A stretch of 42,729 bases of DNA from Methanothermococcus sp. SCGC AD-155-E23 (GTDB lineage Archaea; AGJL01; Methanococci; Methanococcales; Methanococcaceae), in contig JAHEQA010000026.1 of NCBI GenBank assembly GCA_019561615.1, positions 1 through 42,729 of the forward strand. The letters are read 5' to 3'. Shown here piece after piece: positions 17,335 to 27,032 of this stretch. The notes under the pieces are model-generated. The model searched no databases, was not told where the DNA came from, and worked only from the letters and a program-made list of their open reading frames with translations. Within the stretch, counting starts at the first letter, position 1. Each line of letters begins with the position of its first letter. The position numbers and the translations under genes were made by a program.

Positions 17335-17997
17335 ATGGACAGTAAGATCTCTGTGGCCGTAGTGTCAGATGGTAAGTATGGACATAGGGCCTACGAGAAT
17401 ATAAAAAAGAAGTTCCCCTGTGAATACATTGTATTAAAGTACAGGGGGGAGTTTGAGGACATAGAGATAGATAAGGAGACACTGAAGAAACTTGGAAACT
17501 TCCATATTTTAATTACCTATCTAAGGGATCCTGATCTGACTTACACCCTTATCCAGGAGATCGGTGGGGAAAAACATCCCTTTATAATAGTGGGGATTTG
17601 GGAGGGGGAAGGTTTCAAGAGACAACTGGAGAGATTTAAAAATGTAGTATGTCCAGATCTACTCTGTAATCTAGATGAGGAACACCTTAAAAACAAGGTA
17701 GAGGAGTACCCCCAATTAAAAGAATTCTTAAAACACTTTGGAAAACCTAGGGTAAATATCTACCTAGATGGAAATATTATAAAAGATATTGAGGTTATTA
17801 GAGATTCCCCCTGTGGAGCAGTTTCCAGGACACTTCAGGAGTTCCTTGGAGAGAGGATAGAGGAAGATACCCTGAGAAAGATTGGTTTGAGAATACAACA
17901 CTTCTGTAATGCAGGGAGATTTAAACTCTTCTCCGAGAGGGAGTGTAAGAAGGTCAAGGTGGCACAGATACTTCTGGAGGGTATCAAGATCTATTAG
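17335..17997 (+). CDS. DUF166 family protein
   Basis: DGKYG.RA, PDL, P...C.L, FGKP, V.R..PCGA and HFC motifs match DUF166 as I recall it. Confidence 0.72.
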   Translation: MDSKISVAVVSDGKYGHRAYENIKKKFPCEYIVLKYRGEFEDIEIDKETLKKLGNFHILITYLRDPDLTYTLIQEIGGEKHPFIIVGIWEGEGFKRQLERFKNVVCPDLLCNLDEEHLKNKVEEYPQLKEFLKHFGKPRVNIYLDGNIIKDIEVIRDSPCGAVSRTLQEFLGERIEEDTLRKIGLRIQHFCNAGRFKLFSERECKKVKVAQILLEGIKIY

Positions 17998-18311
17998 TCG
18001 TACTCCCTCCAGGTGTAACCACACTTTGTACACCTGTAGAACCTTGTCTCAGGTTCATCTGCACACCTTGTCTGCTGGAGCCACCAGAAGGCCTCTAAGT
18101 TCCCACACTTGGGACACTCTACCTTGGTAGTTGGAAGGGTATTTACATTCTCGATTACTGCTATATCCCTCTTCTTGGACTCCAACCTCTCCTTAAGTAG
18201 AAAGGTCTCACCCTCTTTCTCCATCTCCACCTCAGAGTGGCATACTGTACATACCCACTTTCCATCCTTTGGAAGCATTATGTTGTTACACTTTTTACAG
18301 AACTTTACCAC
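17994..18311 (-). CDS. tfs: Archaeal transcription factor S (TFS, RpoM-like)
   Basis: Two Zn ribbons (FCKKC..C..C and CPKC...CTKC) and the QQTRCADEPETRF acidic hairpin. Start GTG 18311 behind GGTGA. Confidence 0.95.
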   Translation of the reverse strand: MVKFCKKCNNIMLPKDGKWVCTVCHSEVEMEKEGETFLLKERLESKKRDIAVIENVNTLPTTKVECPKCGNLEAFWWLQQTRCADEPETRFYRCTKCGYTWREYD

Positions 18312-18315
18312 CTTA

Positions 18316-18726
18316 TCACCTTTTCTCTCTAAATTTAAGATAGTCCCTAAAAATAGCCTTGTGATCAAAGGCTAGGTCCATCTTCTTCACTTCCTCTATG
18401 GGGAAAAATTTAGCCTCTTTTGCATCATCTGCTCCCTTGGGAGAACCCTCTATATACTCTAAAACATACACCACAGATACAGTATGGCCCCTTGGATCCC
18501 TATCTGGATCTGAGTACACCCCTAGAAGATCCTTAACCCTGGTTTTAATCCCAGTCTCCTCAAATACCTCCCTTACTACAGCCTCCTCTGTCCTCTCTCC
18601 ATACTTTACAAAACCCCCAGGAAATGCCCAGAAATCTTTAAAAGGAGGATTTTTTCTCTTTACAAGTAGTATCTTACCATCTACCTCTAGGATACCGTCA
18701 ACTGTTAAAGAAGGAGACCTCTCCAT
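18316..18726 (-). CDS. NUDIX hydrolase (ADP-ribose pyrophosphatase-like)
   Basis: Nudix box GGFVKYGERTEEAVVREVFEETGI, plus RDPRGH and LAFDH. Confidence 0.92.
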   Translation of the reverse strand: MERSPSLTVDGILEVDGKILLVKRKNPPFKDFWAFPGGFVKYGERTEEAVVREVFEETGIKTRVKDLLGVYSDPDRDPRGHTVSVVYVLEYIEGSPKGADDAKEAKFFPIEEVKKMDLAFDHKAIFRDYLKFREKR

Positions 18727-18848
18727 ACCTATCAACTTTAAAAAAATATGTTTATCCCACTAAAACCTTATAGTATAAATAATTTACGATAAAAACTTTT
18801 TATAATAGATTACTTCTCTAGTACCTAGAAAGTGGAGAGGTTAGGAGT

Positions 18849-19535
18849 ATGAAGGTGGTCTTTGCACTTGGTGGTTCAGTTATTATGCCTAGAGAGGGAG
18901 ATGCAGAGAACATAAGGAGATACGCTCAGGTATTTAAAAGTATAAAGGAGAGGGGACATGACATCTGTATAGTGGTAGGTGGGGGGTATATCGCCAGGAG
19001 ATATATCTCTATTGCCAGGGCGTTTACAAATGAGGCCTTCTGTGACGAGATAGGTATAATGGCCACAAGGATGAACAGTATGGTTCTCATCGCCGCCCTT
19101 GGAGACTACACTGTAAAGAAGGTGCCAGAGGATTTCAAGGAGGCCGAGATGATACTGAATTTAAAGAAGATCGTTGTTATGGGAGGTACCCATCCCGCCC
19201 ACACCACAGATGCCGTTGCAGCCTCCCTGGCGGAGTACATAGATGCAGATCTCCTTGTTATTGCAACTAACGTAGATGGGGTTTACGACAGGGATCCAAG
19301 GAAATACAGGGATGCAAAGAAGATAAAAATCCTGACAACAAAGGAGTTGGTAGATATTACCAAGTCCTCCACTATAGAGGCAGGATCCTCCTCCATAGTC
19401 GACCCTCTAGCCTCCAAGATCATTGATAGGGCAGGTTTGAAAACTGTGGTCATAAAGGGTACTCCAGAGGAGATTATGAATGTTATAGAGGATAAACACA
19501 GGGGTACCTTAATTGTACCTGAGAAAAGGGATTAA
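18849..19535 (+). CDS. pyrH: Uridylate kinase
   Basis: ALGGS, VGGG..AR.YI, D.IGI.ATR.N, GGT.P.HTTDAVA and NVDGVY..DP motifs. Confidence 0.95.
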   Translation: MKVVFALGGSVIMPREGDAENIRRYAQVFKSIKERGHDICIVVGGGYIARRYISIARAFTNEAFCDEIGIMATRMNSMVLIAALGDYTVKKVPEDFKEAEMILNLKKIVVMGGTHPAHTTDAVAASLAEYIDADLLVIATNVDGVYDRDPRKYRDAKKIKILTTKELVDITKSSTIEAGSSSIVDPLASKIIDRAGLKTVVIKGTPEEIMNVIEDKHRGTLIVPEKRD

Positions 19536-19536
19536 T

Positions 19537-19725
19537 ATGGAGAGACATAGGCACTGTTTAAACTGTGGAATATCCATTCCACCAGAGGAGACCTTCTGCT
19601 CTGAGAGGTGTAAAGATGAGTATATAAAAAAGAGAAAGAGGATGTTGAGGATCCAGTCGATATCTCTCTTTCTTATCTTTTTAGTACTGGTGATTTTTGT
19701 AGGGTTAAAAAGTGGTATTATTTAA
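19537..19725 (+). CDS. DUF2116 family Zn-ribbon membrane protein
   Basis: HRHCLNCG.SIPP...FCS..C followed by a C-terminal TM helix. Confidence 0.85.
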   Translation: MERHRHCLNCGISIPPEETFCSERCKDEYIKKRKRMLRIQSISLFLIFLVLVIFVGLKSGII

Positions 19726-20980
19726 AGAGATGCTGTAGATAATCTAACAGTAGGGTTACTACTACCCTAAAGAGGTCTAGGATGGAATAAAGTCCATGAA
19801 GTATACCTTCATCTCTTTTTCCCACGTACTCCTCCTTTATTGCATAGTATCCAGATTTTGCTACCTTAACAGTTATCTTATCTCCATCGTAGGTGTAAGG
19901 TATACTGACCCATCTCCTTAGTTGCTCGTCGTAGTAGAGTACTGTAATCTTTTTATCCTGGGATAGATTGTAGGGTATCTCTAGGATAAGAGGTTTGCTA
20001 AACTCTCCGTTTTTGGGAGATATGTAGTAGGCCACTGTAGTATTTGGGATATTTACTTCCTTTATAGATATCTCTCCCTCTGTACTCACTCTAGTACCCT
20101 CAGGAATTATGAGCATTGCACTTCCAATATTTTTTATTATTCTACCGTAGACTATATTCTCTCTTTTAGGTTTAGGTGGTGTAATCTTTTTTCTATTTAC
20201 CAGTATATTGTGGTTATCTCTTTTAGTGCCCTCCCTGTTTATAGGTATATTATATTCCTCCTCTTCGTTGGAGGTCTCTTTATCTTCTAGTGTTGATCGA
20301 GATTCTTTTTGGATACTGGTGATAGTATCTGAATGATCCTCCTTTCCATCATTAGATGAGGTATTCTTATCTGTCTTATTTTCTGTATCCACATTTGGAG
20401 GTGCAGGTAGGGAACTCTTAATCACTATATCTCTCTTTATCCCTCCAATGTTTAGATGGATCACTGTCCCTTCAGGTATGTTACTGACTCTGTAGGAGTA
20501 CTTGAAGTTACCATTCTCATCAGCCTTTATCTTTGTTGATGCGAATATCTTTAACTTTACCGGTTTTTCTGGGTCTTTTATGGTCCCTCCCATTTTTATA
20601 TCGTAGGTACCTACAGGGATGTTGGACTTGGAGATTACTGCTACACCCTCTTTATTAGCCTTTGTATTTTTAGTGACCCATAGTCCCATTTTCAAACTTA
20701 CATAGAGTCTATTTACATTTTGGGCAACGATCTTGAAACTGTTAGGGGTGGTAGGTATCTCCACGTTGTTCATAATGTAGCCATAGTAAGGAGGGTATAT
20801 GATAGGATCGATCTCAAACCAGATCTGACAGTTGATCTCCTCATTGGGATTGGCCTTTCCAGATATTGTTATTGTATCTCCCACCTTTGGATTTGAAGGG
20901 GTTATTGTTATATTCGATATCCCGTATACTGAGGAAACTGTCAGTATCAACACCAAGAGTGTAAGAAGTAACTTTCTCAT
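19718..20980 (-). CDS. Secreted/cell-surface hypothetical protein
   Basis: Signal peptide MRKLLLTLLVLILTVSSVYG, beta-rich (Ig-like) N-terminal domain starting ITITPSNPKVGDTITISG, low-complexity linker, second beta-rich domain and a hydrophobic C-terminus. Confidence 0.78.
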   Translation of the reverse strand: MRKLLLTLLVLILTVSSVYGISNITITPSNPKVGDTITISGKANPNEEINCQIWFEIDPIIYPPYYGYIMNNVEIPTTPNSFKIVAQNVNRLYVSLKMGLWVTKNTKANKEGVAVISKSNIPVGTYDIKMGGTIKDPEKPVKLKIFASTKIKADENGNFKYSYRVSNIPEGTVIHLNIGGIKRDIVIKSSLPAPPNVDTENKTDKNTSSNDGKEDHSDTITSIQKESRSTLEDKETSNEEEEYNIPINREGTKRDNHNILVNRKKITPPKPKRENIVYGRIIKNIGSAMLIIPEGTRVSTEGEISIKEVNIPNTTVAYYISPKNGEFSKPLILEIPYNLSQDKKITVLYYDEQLRRWVSIPYTYDGDKITVKVAKSGYYAIKEEYVGKRDEGILHGLYSILDLFRVVVTLLLDYLQHLFK

Positions 20981-21019
20981 TTAACCACATCTCTTCCTAT
21001 AATTTAATATATCCAAATT

Positions 21020-21060
21020 TTTAAATAAAAAGGATTAAAAAAATTAAAAAAAAATTTAAA
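21020..21060 (-). terminator. Oligo-T terminator-like tract on the minus strand
   Basis: Long A runs on + (T9, T6 and T5 on -) directly after the stop at 21064. Confidence 0.45.
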
Positions 21061-21063
21061 GTG

Positions 21064-23070
21064 TTATTCTAGAAATTCCTGAGCAACGGCGACAATCTTC
21101 TTCTCCTCAGTGTCATAGGCTATTCCTATTATGTAACTATTCTCTATGTAGTGTAGTGATATATTGTAGGAGTTATCCTGTGTAATATCACTGTAGGAGG
21201 GGGAGGCAGTTTCAGCGTCAAATACTTCTCTTATAATTTTTTCTACCGTTGATGCATTTAGCTTTATAAAGTCACTGTTATTTACAACCTGGTACTCACC
21301 TTTATCTCCTCTAACAGACACGTTGAAGTGGTTGTTGTCTGAGCTAGTTCCTGTTATTTTTAATGTCACTGGGGCGTTTCTTTTTATTATTACTGCTCCA
21401 TATCTTACATAGAGGTCTTTTGGTTTATCTTTTACTGTTATATTTACATCTACCATATCATTAAGAATTATCTTATATTCTATCTTCATCTCGTACCTCA
21501 CAACCTCGAACCCTCCTACTGCCAGTACCTTGACATTATCTGCATTCTGTGGAACTCCATTTCCTTCGGTGATCACTACTATATGCTCTCCATTGATAGA
21601 TGGCTTATAGGTGAATACAGCTTTACCATCACTACCCACTGTTTTAGTCTCAACATAACTGTTATTTAACCTCTCTATCAGCCCTTGAGCATTTCCTTTT
21701 AATAGGTTGTTCATATCATTCCTCAAAGCTCTTCTCTCAGTAATAACATGAAGTGATACATTTTTGCCCTTCATTTTTGGGTTGTAATATGTTATATTTA
21801 CCTCATTTCCAACGTATGCTACCACACTGAAGTTATTCATCGCCTCTATTACTGACTTTACAGAGTTACTGTCCCTGAAATCTATTATTAATTTATGTTT
21901 CTTATCCTCTTTATCCACTACCTTTACCTCTGCCTCTACCTTAGGAACGTGTATGCTAAAGTTTCCATCAATTTTGAGAGTATTCTTATCCTGTCCCATA
22001 AACTCTATTTTCTTTCCATTTGCAATAACGGTTACTACTGGACCTGTGGGAGTTGATACATGTCTCCATGTACCACTGTCTCCTCCTACACCTCCACTTA
22101 CCCTCTCAGATATCACTGAAACTGATACAGGCCCTAACTTCCGTACAGTATCAAGGATTATCTCAGATATCTTAGGATCGTCACTTACTACTAAGACGTT
22201 ATAGCTGATCTCTACAACCCTGGAGAGTATTTTATCTAATACTTCAGTACTTTTTACTGGAAGGGGTATCAATACACCAACGTCATCTTTAAGGAAGTTT
22301 AATATCCCCTTTATAATAGGTTCCTTATCTCTCTCTGCATATACTATCAGTACATCTTTATTTCTAACTCCTGGATTTATCTTTTTAACATAGGATATTG
22401 CAGTCTTTATAACATCCTCCACAGAACCACTTGCAATGAAGGTATTTTCAGATATCTTAGTTACTGTGGTTATAATAGTTTGTGGGATCTTTTCTCCCAG
22501 AATTACTGCATTTTTTATCCTTGTATTTTTTAACACCTCTACAACTTTATTTTCCCTGTTTAGTCCGTAGTACAGTACAGGTACGTTGAAACTAACTGCA
22601 ACAGGTGATATTTTCTCATTGAACCCCTGGGTAATTACTACATTACCTGTCAACTCAGGTTTCTCTTTTTTTAGCCTTTTGTATACCTCTATAGAGGTTT
22701 CCACCCTTGTCTCTCCCCAAATCCTTTCAGTTTTTATCTTTAAGTTTCTTATACTGTTTTCCACGGTTTCACTTACTGCCACTGGACCTCCAACTATTAT
22801 CACCTTGGTGTAACCTCCTGTTATAAGTTCTCTTTCAGCATCTTTTGACAACTTATGTGTAGGTGTGTATATTAAATTGTATCCCATGGCTTTGGCATAG
22901 GGAGCTGCAACAATTGCATCTGCTGGAGTGGATACAACAACTGCTACCTTTTCAGCTGTTCCTACAGCTAACGTGGTAGGTAGCATACTGAGTACTATCA
23001 GTAGAGATAGTACTATACTGTAGTAGGCTTTATTATAATTTATCCTAATTATTATTTCCCTACTTCTCAA
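21064..23070 (-). CDS. Large secreted protein: cell-wall-binding-repeat-2-like N-terminus plus a methanogen extracellular (TIGR04279-like) domain
   Basis: ADAIVAAPYA, VIIVGGPVAVS..VE..I and RIWGETRVETS are CW_binding_2-like motifs, followed by a Gly/Ser/Thr linker and a beta-rich C-terminal half. The start is uncertain: TTG 23070 behind GGAGG is preferred, while the ORF track gives 23085. Confidence 0.72.
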   Translation of the reverse strand: MRSREIIIRINYNKAYYSIVLSLLIVLSMLPTTLAVGTAEKVAVVVSTPADAIVAAPYAKAMGYNLIYTPTHKLSKDAERELITGGYTKVIIVGGPVAVSETVENSIRNLKIKTERIWGETRVETSIEVYKRLKKEKPELTGNVVITQGFNEKISPVAVSFNVPVLYYGLNRENKVVEVLKNTRIKNAVILGEKIPQTIITTVTKISENTFIASGSVEDVIKTAISYVKKINPGVRNKDVLIVYAERDKEPIIKGILNFLKDDVGVLIPLPVKSTEVLDKILSRVVEISYNVLVVSDDPKISEIILDTVRKLGPVSVSVISERVSGGVGGDSGTWRHVSTPTGPVVTVIANGKKIEFMGQDKNTLKIDGNFSIHVPKVEAEVKVVDKEDKKHKLIIDFRDSNSVKSVIEAMNNFSVVAYVGNEVNITYYNPKMKGKNVSLHVITERRALRNDMNNLLKGNAQGLIERLNNSYVETKTVGSDGKAVFTYKPSINGEHIVVITEGNGVPQNADNVKVLAVGGFEVVRYEMKIEYKIILNDMVDVNITVKDKPKDLYVRYGAVIIKRNAPVTLKITGTSSDNNHFNVSVRGDKGEYQVVNNSDFIKLNASTVEKIIREVFDAETASPSYSDITQDNSYNISLHYIENSYIIGIAYDTEEKKIVAVAQEFLE

Positions 23071-23764
23071 CAACCTCCACCCCATACCTTATAACATTAT
23101 CCCTCCTTAGATAGGACCTGTACTCTGCAATCTTATAGGGAAACTCCATGACGGTCTTGGAATATACAGGGTCCTCTGTAAGGGTATTTAAGAAACTTCT
23201 TAAGTCATAGGGGGACTTTATATCGTATATACTCTCTGCACCACTGGAGAGTACCACAGGTGTGTCAAACTTTTTTGCCAGGCGCATGTTCCTCCTAAAG
23301 GCCCATAGTAACCTTGCCCTCTCGTAGGGATTCTTCTTTATTAACAGCTGTTTAAAGTTTAACTCGATAGCTACCCTATGGGTACTTCCCAGCCTTGCAA
23401 GGACGTGATCTAAACCACTATCTCGCCTGTTCAACTCGGGGGTAGAGAGTATATCCACGTCGTGAAGTTCCAGGGCCTGCCTGTTAATCTTTAGATCTCC
23501 CCCCTCCACAAGTATTACATCTACCTTGTTCCTGAATTTCTTCACGTACCTAACTAACTCCTTGGGGGATTGTGCCCTTATCTTCACACCTGTGTATATC
23601 TTCAATCCCTCCCTCTCTCCGTACTCCTTCACCTCCTCAAAGATCTTTTTATCGAAGTTTTCACTGTATTGAACTACTATGGAGCCGTACCATCCCAACT
23701 CTTTAAGTAGTCTAATACCTTCCTCCTGGAAGATGTGATTTATATCCACTGGATTCTCCACCAC
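23060..23764 (-). CDS. rnp3: Ribonuclease P protein component 3 (Rpp30)
   Basis: VEGGDLKINR.ALE...VDILS.P, DHVLAR.......AIELNF and LSSGA...YDIKSP motifs. Confidence 0.93.
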   Translation of the reverse strand: MVENPVDINHIFQEEGIRLLKELGWYGSIVVQYSENFDKKIFEEVKEYGEREGLKIYTGVKIRAQSPKELVRYVKKFRNKVDVILVEGGDLKINRQALELHDVDILSTPELNRRDSGLDHVLARLGSTHRVAIELNFKQLLIKKNPYERARLLWAFRRNMRLAKKFDTPVVLSSGAESIYDIKSPYDLRSFLNTLTEDPVYSKTVMEFPYKIAEYRSYLRRDNVIRYGVEVVEK

Positions 23765-23783
23765 TGGAATCCCCCTAATTCTT

Positions 23784-24899
23784 TTACAAAAGGGAGTAGA
23801 GTATAGAGGCCAGTACCAGTAACCATATAGTGATACTCATAGTGGTTAAACTCCTCTCGTTTATCAAATACTCCATATACCTGGAGATAGTCTCTGTTAC
23901 CTTACTGTTGGTTTTTAGATCCCTCACTATCTCGGGGATGGCATTCCATATGTGGAATCCATCCAGGGGTAGGGCAGGTAGGAGGTTGAAGAAACCTAGT
24001 AGTAGATTCAATACCCCTGTCCAGAAGAGGATCTCCAATATAAATACTAGGGGTTTAGAGGGCTCCACAACAATCCCTATTTTCCCCTCTGGAGATGTGG
24101 TCAACTTAAAGGTTTTCAACTCATTCCCCCTAAGAACTGTAACGGTAATATCCTCTTCTGGTCTAATTTCCTTTACCACCTCCTGGAAATCTGAGAGGGA
24201 GTTAATCCTCTTACCCTTGATGGAGTGTATTACATCCCCCTCCATAAGGACTCCACTGGCTGGAAAGTCTTCAAGTACCTTTGTAACAGTTAGGGAGGAT
24301 GGGATACTAAGTACATAGGGGGTTATTAGAAGTACAAGGAGGAAGACAAGGATATTTACTACAGGGCCTGCAGAGGCCACAGCACCCCTTACCTTCCTAC
24401 TGGCTTTTTTAAAATCCTCCCCTATCTCCACAAAGGCTCCAAGGGGGATACCTAGGAGGAGTATCAATCCTGTACTTTTTATTCTGAGATTGAAGGATCT
24501 GGCTATGATACCGTGGGCCAATTCATGAAGTGTAATGCCTAAAATAAGTGCTACAATTCCAGGGATCCAGGGGATAACATCTCCAAAGAGAAAGATAATA
24601 GGCTTTGAACTCTCCTTAGGTATTGAACCACTGAATAGACCTAGTGTAGAGTTTATAAAGGTATAAAAGGTAAGGATACTAATCACTATAGCCACAGGTA
24701 TGAATAGGTATCCCACCTTCTGCCAGAACTTATACCTACCTATTTTGTCTATCACCTTCAAACCCCAGGAGGTCCTTAGTATTCCCAGCATTCCATAGTA
24801 TATCTTTAAGCCCTTCTCATCCCCTTTTTCCCTTCTGTAGTAGATACTTAGTATCATCCATATTATGAGAAGTATCATAATGACAGTTGTTGACGTCAT
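23784..24899 (-). CDS. Site-2 protease (M50 family) with PDZ domain
   Basis: HELAH zinc motif, AGPVVN, NLLPALPLDG, internal PDZ-like segment, multiple TM helices. Confidence 0.93.
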   Translation of the reverse strand: MTSTTVIMILLIIWMILSIYYRREKGDEKGLKIYYGMLGILRTSWGLKVIDKIGRYKFWQKVGYLFIPVAIVISILTFYTFINSTLGLFSGSIPKESSKPIIFLFGDVIPWIPGIVALILGITLHELAHGIIARSFNLRIKSTGLILLLGIPLGAFVEIGEDFKKASRKVRGAVASAGPVVNILVFLLVLLITPYVLSIPSSLTVTKVLEDFPASGVLMEGDVIHSIKGKRINSLSDFQEVVKEIRPEEDITVTVLRGNELKTFKLTTSPEGKIGIVVEPSKPLVFILEILFWTGVLNLLLGFFNLLPALPLDGFHIWNAIPEIVRDLKTNSKVTETISRYMEYLINERSLTTMSITIWLLVLASILYSLL

Positions 24900-24957
24900 A
24901 GTTCCACCTGTAGATGGATATAAAAATTAGAGTATTTTATCAATTTTGGTGATCTAG

Positions 24958-26973
24958 ATGGATGTCTCACTGGAGGATTTTAGAGCCTTCTATAGGTTGA
25001 AGTTTCCCTATGAGAGGATAAGACCTCAACAGATTAAGATGATGGAGAAGATATTTCACTCTATTAAAAATAGAAGAAATCTTATCGTGGAGGCTCCAAC
25101 AGGTGTGGGAAAGACCCTCTCCTATCTCCTCCCAGCCATATACTTTGCAGAGAAGGGTAAGAGGGTCATCATACTTACAGAGACCATAGATCAGCAGGAG
25201 AGGATACTTGAGGAGTTAAATGCACTAAGGCCCAACTTGAAGATCTCCTTTATAATGGGAAAGAACAACTTCATATGTAAGGCTAAGGGTAGTAAGGCAG
25301 ATGGGCTTTTCTGTAAGTTAAATAGAAGGTGCTTTCATAGGCCCAACAGGAGAAGAAGGTGTATATGTGGGACAGAGAAGAAAGCTGTGAAGATAGGGGA
25401 GGATATAAAGTACTTCTGCCCCTTCTGTATCTGCGACTATCAAAGATCTAAGATAGAGTGTCTAGAGGGGGACATCCTCGTTATGAACTACAGCATCTTC
25501 TACCATTTAAAGGAGGAGATCGATGTAAACAGGAAGACCGAGGTTATCATCTGTGACGAGGCCCATAAACTTGAGAGGAGTATTAGGAACTCTGCCACCA
25601 TAGAGATAAATCCTGAGGTGGCACTTCGTAGGCTGAGGGCTATGGCCTATCACTTTGCCCCCGCCCCTGTGAAGAAGTACCTGGCTAGACTTAGGGAAAG
25701 GTATCCAAAGTTAGATGAGAATAATCTAGAGAGATATGAGAAGGAATTCTGGGATATAGTACATAACTATCTATCAAGACGTGTAGATATTGAGGGATGT
25801 AAGGATGCCCTCCTCTACTACGGAGATATGATACTGGAGATACCTGAGGGAAAGAGGATAATACTTGGAACCCTACTTGACGGCTACTATCAGATTAGAG
25901 ATATAAGGGATAGGATCCTCTCCTTTGAGGAGAATAAGGAGCTGGGGAGGGAGGAGTTGAGATTCAAGGTTGACAACGAAGCCCTGATCTACCTGGAGTA
26001 CCACTACGTCTCCCAGAAGAAGTTGCCAGATATGTCCCTAACTGAGTTCCTAGATAGGGTAAAGAACCTGGAGGTCATAGATGACAACTTTGTAATATAC
26101 AGAAGTGGAAAGAGTCTGTTATGTGTACCTGTACTTGTCTCCTCCTACCTTAAAAGACTCTACGACGATGGAACGGTAATACACTGCTCCGCCACCATAG
26201 GTAATCTGAAGATCCATGGACTTAAAACTGGGGTGGAGTCCTTCGATCCCCTAATTCTAGACAGCCCCTTTCCCAAGGATAGAAGGAAGATAATCTCCTT
26301 GATAGATGGGGTAAATATGAAGTATGGGGGAGACTGGGATTTAAAAAGGGAGAGGGCAAATGAGAATATATTTAAAATCTTAAGGTCTGCAGAGGCAAAC
26401 ACCCTGGTACTCTTTAGAAGTTTTGAGGACCTTGCAAGTGCCTACAACTACCTTCGAGATAGGGCCTCGGAATTAAAGAAGAAGATATTCTGCTATCATC
26501 CAGATATGGATGGAAGGGAGGCAAACCTACTAAAGGAGCGTTTCAAGAGGGAGGGAGGAGTACTTCTGGCAACTGGTAGATTTGCAGAGGGGGTGGATAT
26601 TCCAGGGGAGGCCCTCACCATGGTGATAATAGACAGTTTACCCTTCCCAGTACCTACCCCACTACTTAACAGGGAACAGAGGTTGTTAAAAGAGAGGTTA
26701 CTGAGGAAGGGAGTGGATCCTAGAAGTGCCCACTGGAAGTCCTTCCTAATGACTTCATTTCACATCATGGCCAGTACAGTTATACAGATGATAGGGAGAC
26801 TTATCAGGACCGAGAGGGATTACGGTGTTGTAGTTATTCAGGACAGGAGGTTTTATCAGTGGGTGGGAGAGGAGATGAGAAAGAGAGGATATTTAAAAGA
26901 TGACTATACACCCATGAGTTTAAGGAGAGCCCTTGAGTATATCCCCAGATTTCTAAGTAGATTTAGAAATTAA
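24958..26973 (+). CDS. DinG/XPD (Rad3) family ATP-dependent DNA helicase
   Basis: Q motif RPQQ, EAPTGVGKT, DEAH, SAT, EGVDIPG, LPFP and QMIGRLIR...DYG, with a Cys-rich insertion after motif Ia. Confidence 0.93.
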   Translation: MDVSLEDFRAFYRLKFPYERIRPQQIKMMEKIFHSIKNRRNLIVEAPTGVGKTLSYLLPAIYFAEKGKRVIILTETIDQQERILEELNALRPNLKISFIMGKNNFICKAKGSKADGLFCKLNRRCFHRPNRRRRCICGTEKKAVKIGEDIKYFCPFCICDYQRSKIECLEGDILVMNYSIFYHLKEEIDVNRKTEVIICDEAHKLERSIRNSATIEINPEVALRRLRAMAYHFAPAPVKKYLARLRERYPKLDENNLERYEKEFWDIVHNYLSRRVDIEGCKDALLYYGDMILEIPEGKRIILGTLLDGYYQIRDIRDRILSFEENKELGREELRFKVDNEALIYLEYHYVSQKKLPDMSLTEFLDRVKNLEVIDDNFVIYRSGKSLLCVPVLVSSYLKRLYDDGTVIHCSATIGNLKIHGLKTGVESFDPLILDSPFPKDRRKIISLIDGVNMKYGGDWDLKRERANENIFKILRSAEANTLVLFRSFEDLASAYNYLRDRASELKKKIFCYHPDMDGREANLLKERFKREGGVLLATGRFAEGVDIPGEALTMVIIDSLPFPVPTPLLNREQRLLKERLLRKGVDPRSAHWKSFLMTSFHIMASTVIQMIGRLIRTERDYGVVVIQDRRFYQWVGEEMRKRGYLKDDYTPMSLRRALEYIPRFLSRFRN

Positions 26974-26979
26974 AATAAC

Positions 26980-26987
26980 TTTATATA
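26980..26987 (+). promoter_or_regulatory. TATA box (TTTATATA) heading the long + strand gene run
   Basis: Consensus TATA box about 45 nt before the CBS gene start. Confidence 0.5.
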
Positions 26988-27032
26988 TCATTCTAGTTAT
27001 AATCAAAGATACCATTCAACACGGTGTTAGAT

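Noticed and set aside
17335-17997. Selenocysteine recoding (Methanococcales use Sec, and some DUF166 members are reported as selenoproteins)
   Set aside because: This ORF has no in-frame TGA and the motif positions are Cys. The TGA stops I checked elsewhere fall at natural C-termini or frameshift sites.
18812-18833. Imperfect hairpin ACTTcTCTAG-TAC-CTAGAAAGT upstream of pyrH
   Set aside because: Short, bulged and AT-rich, so weak at thermophilic temperatures; could be chance.
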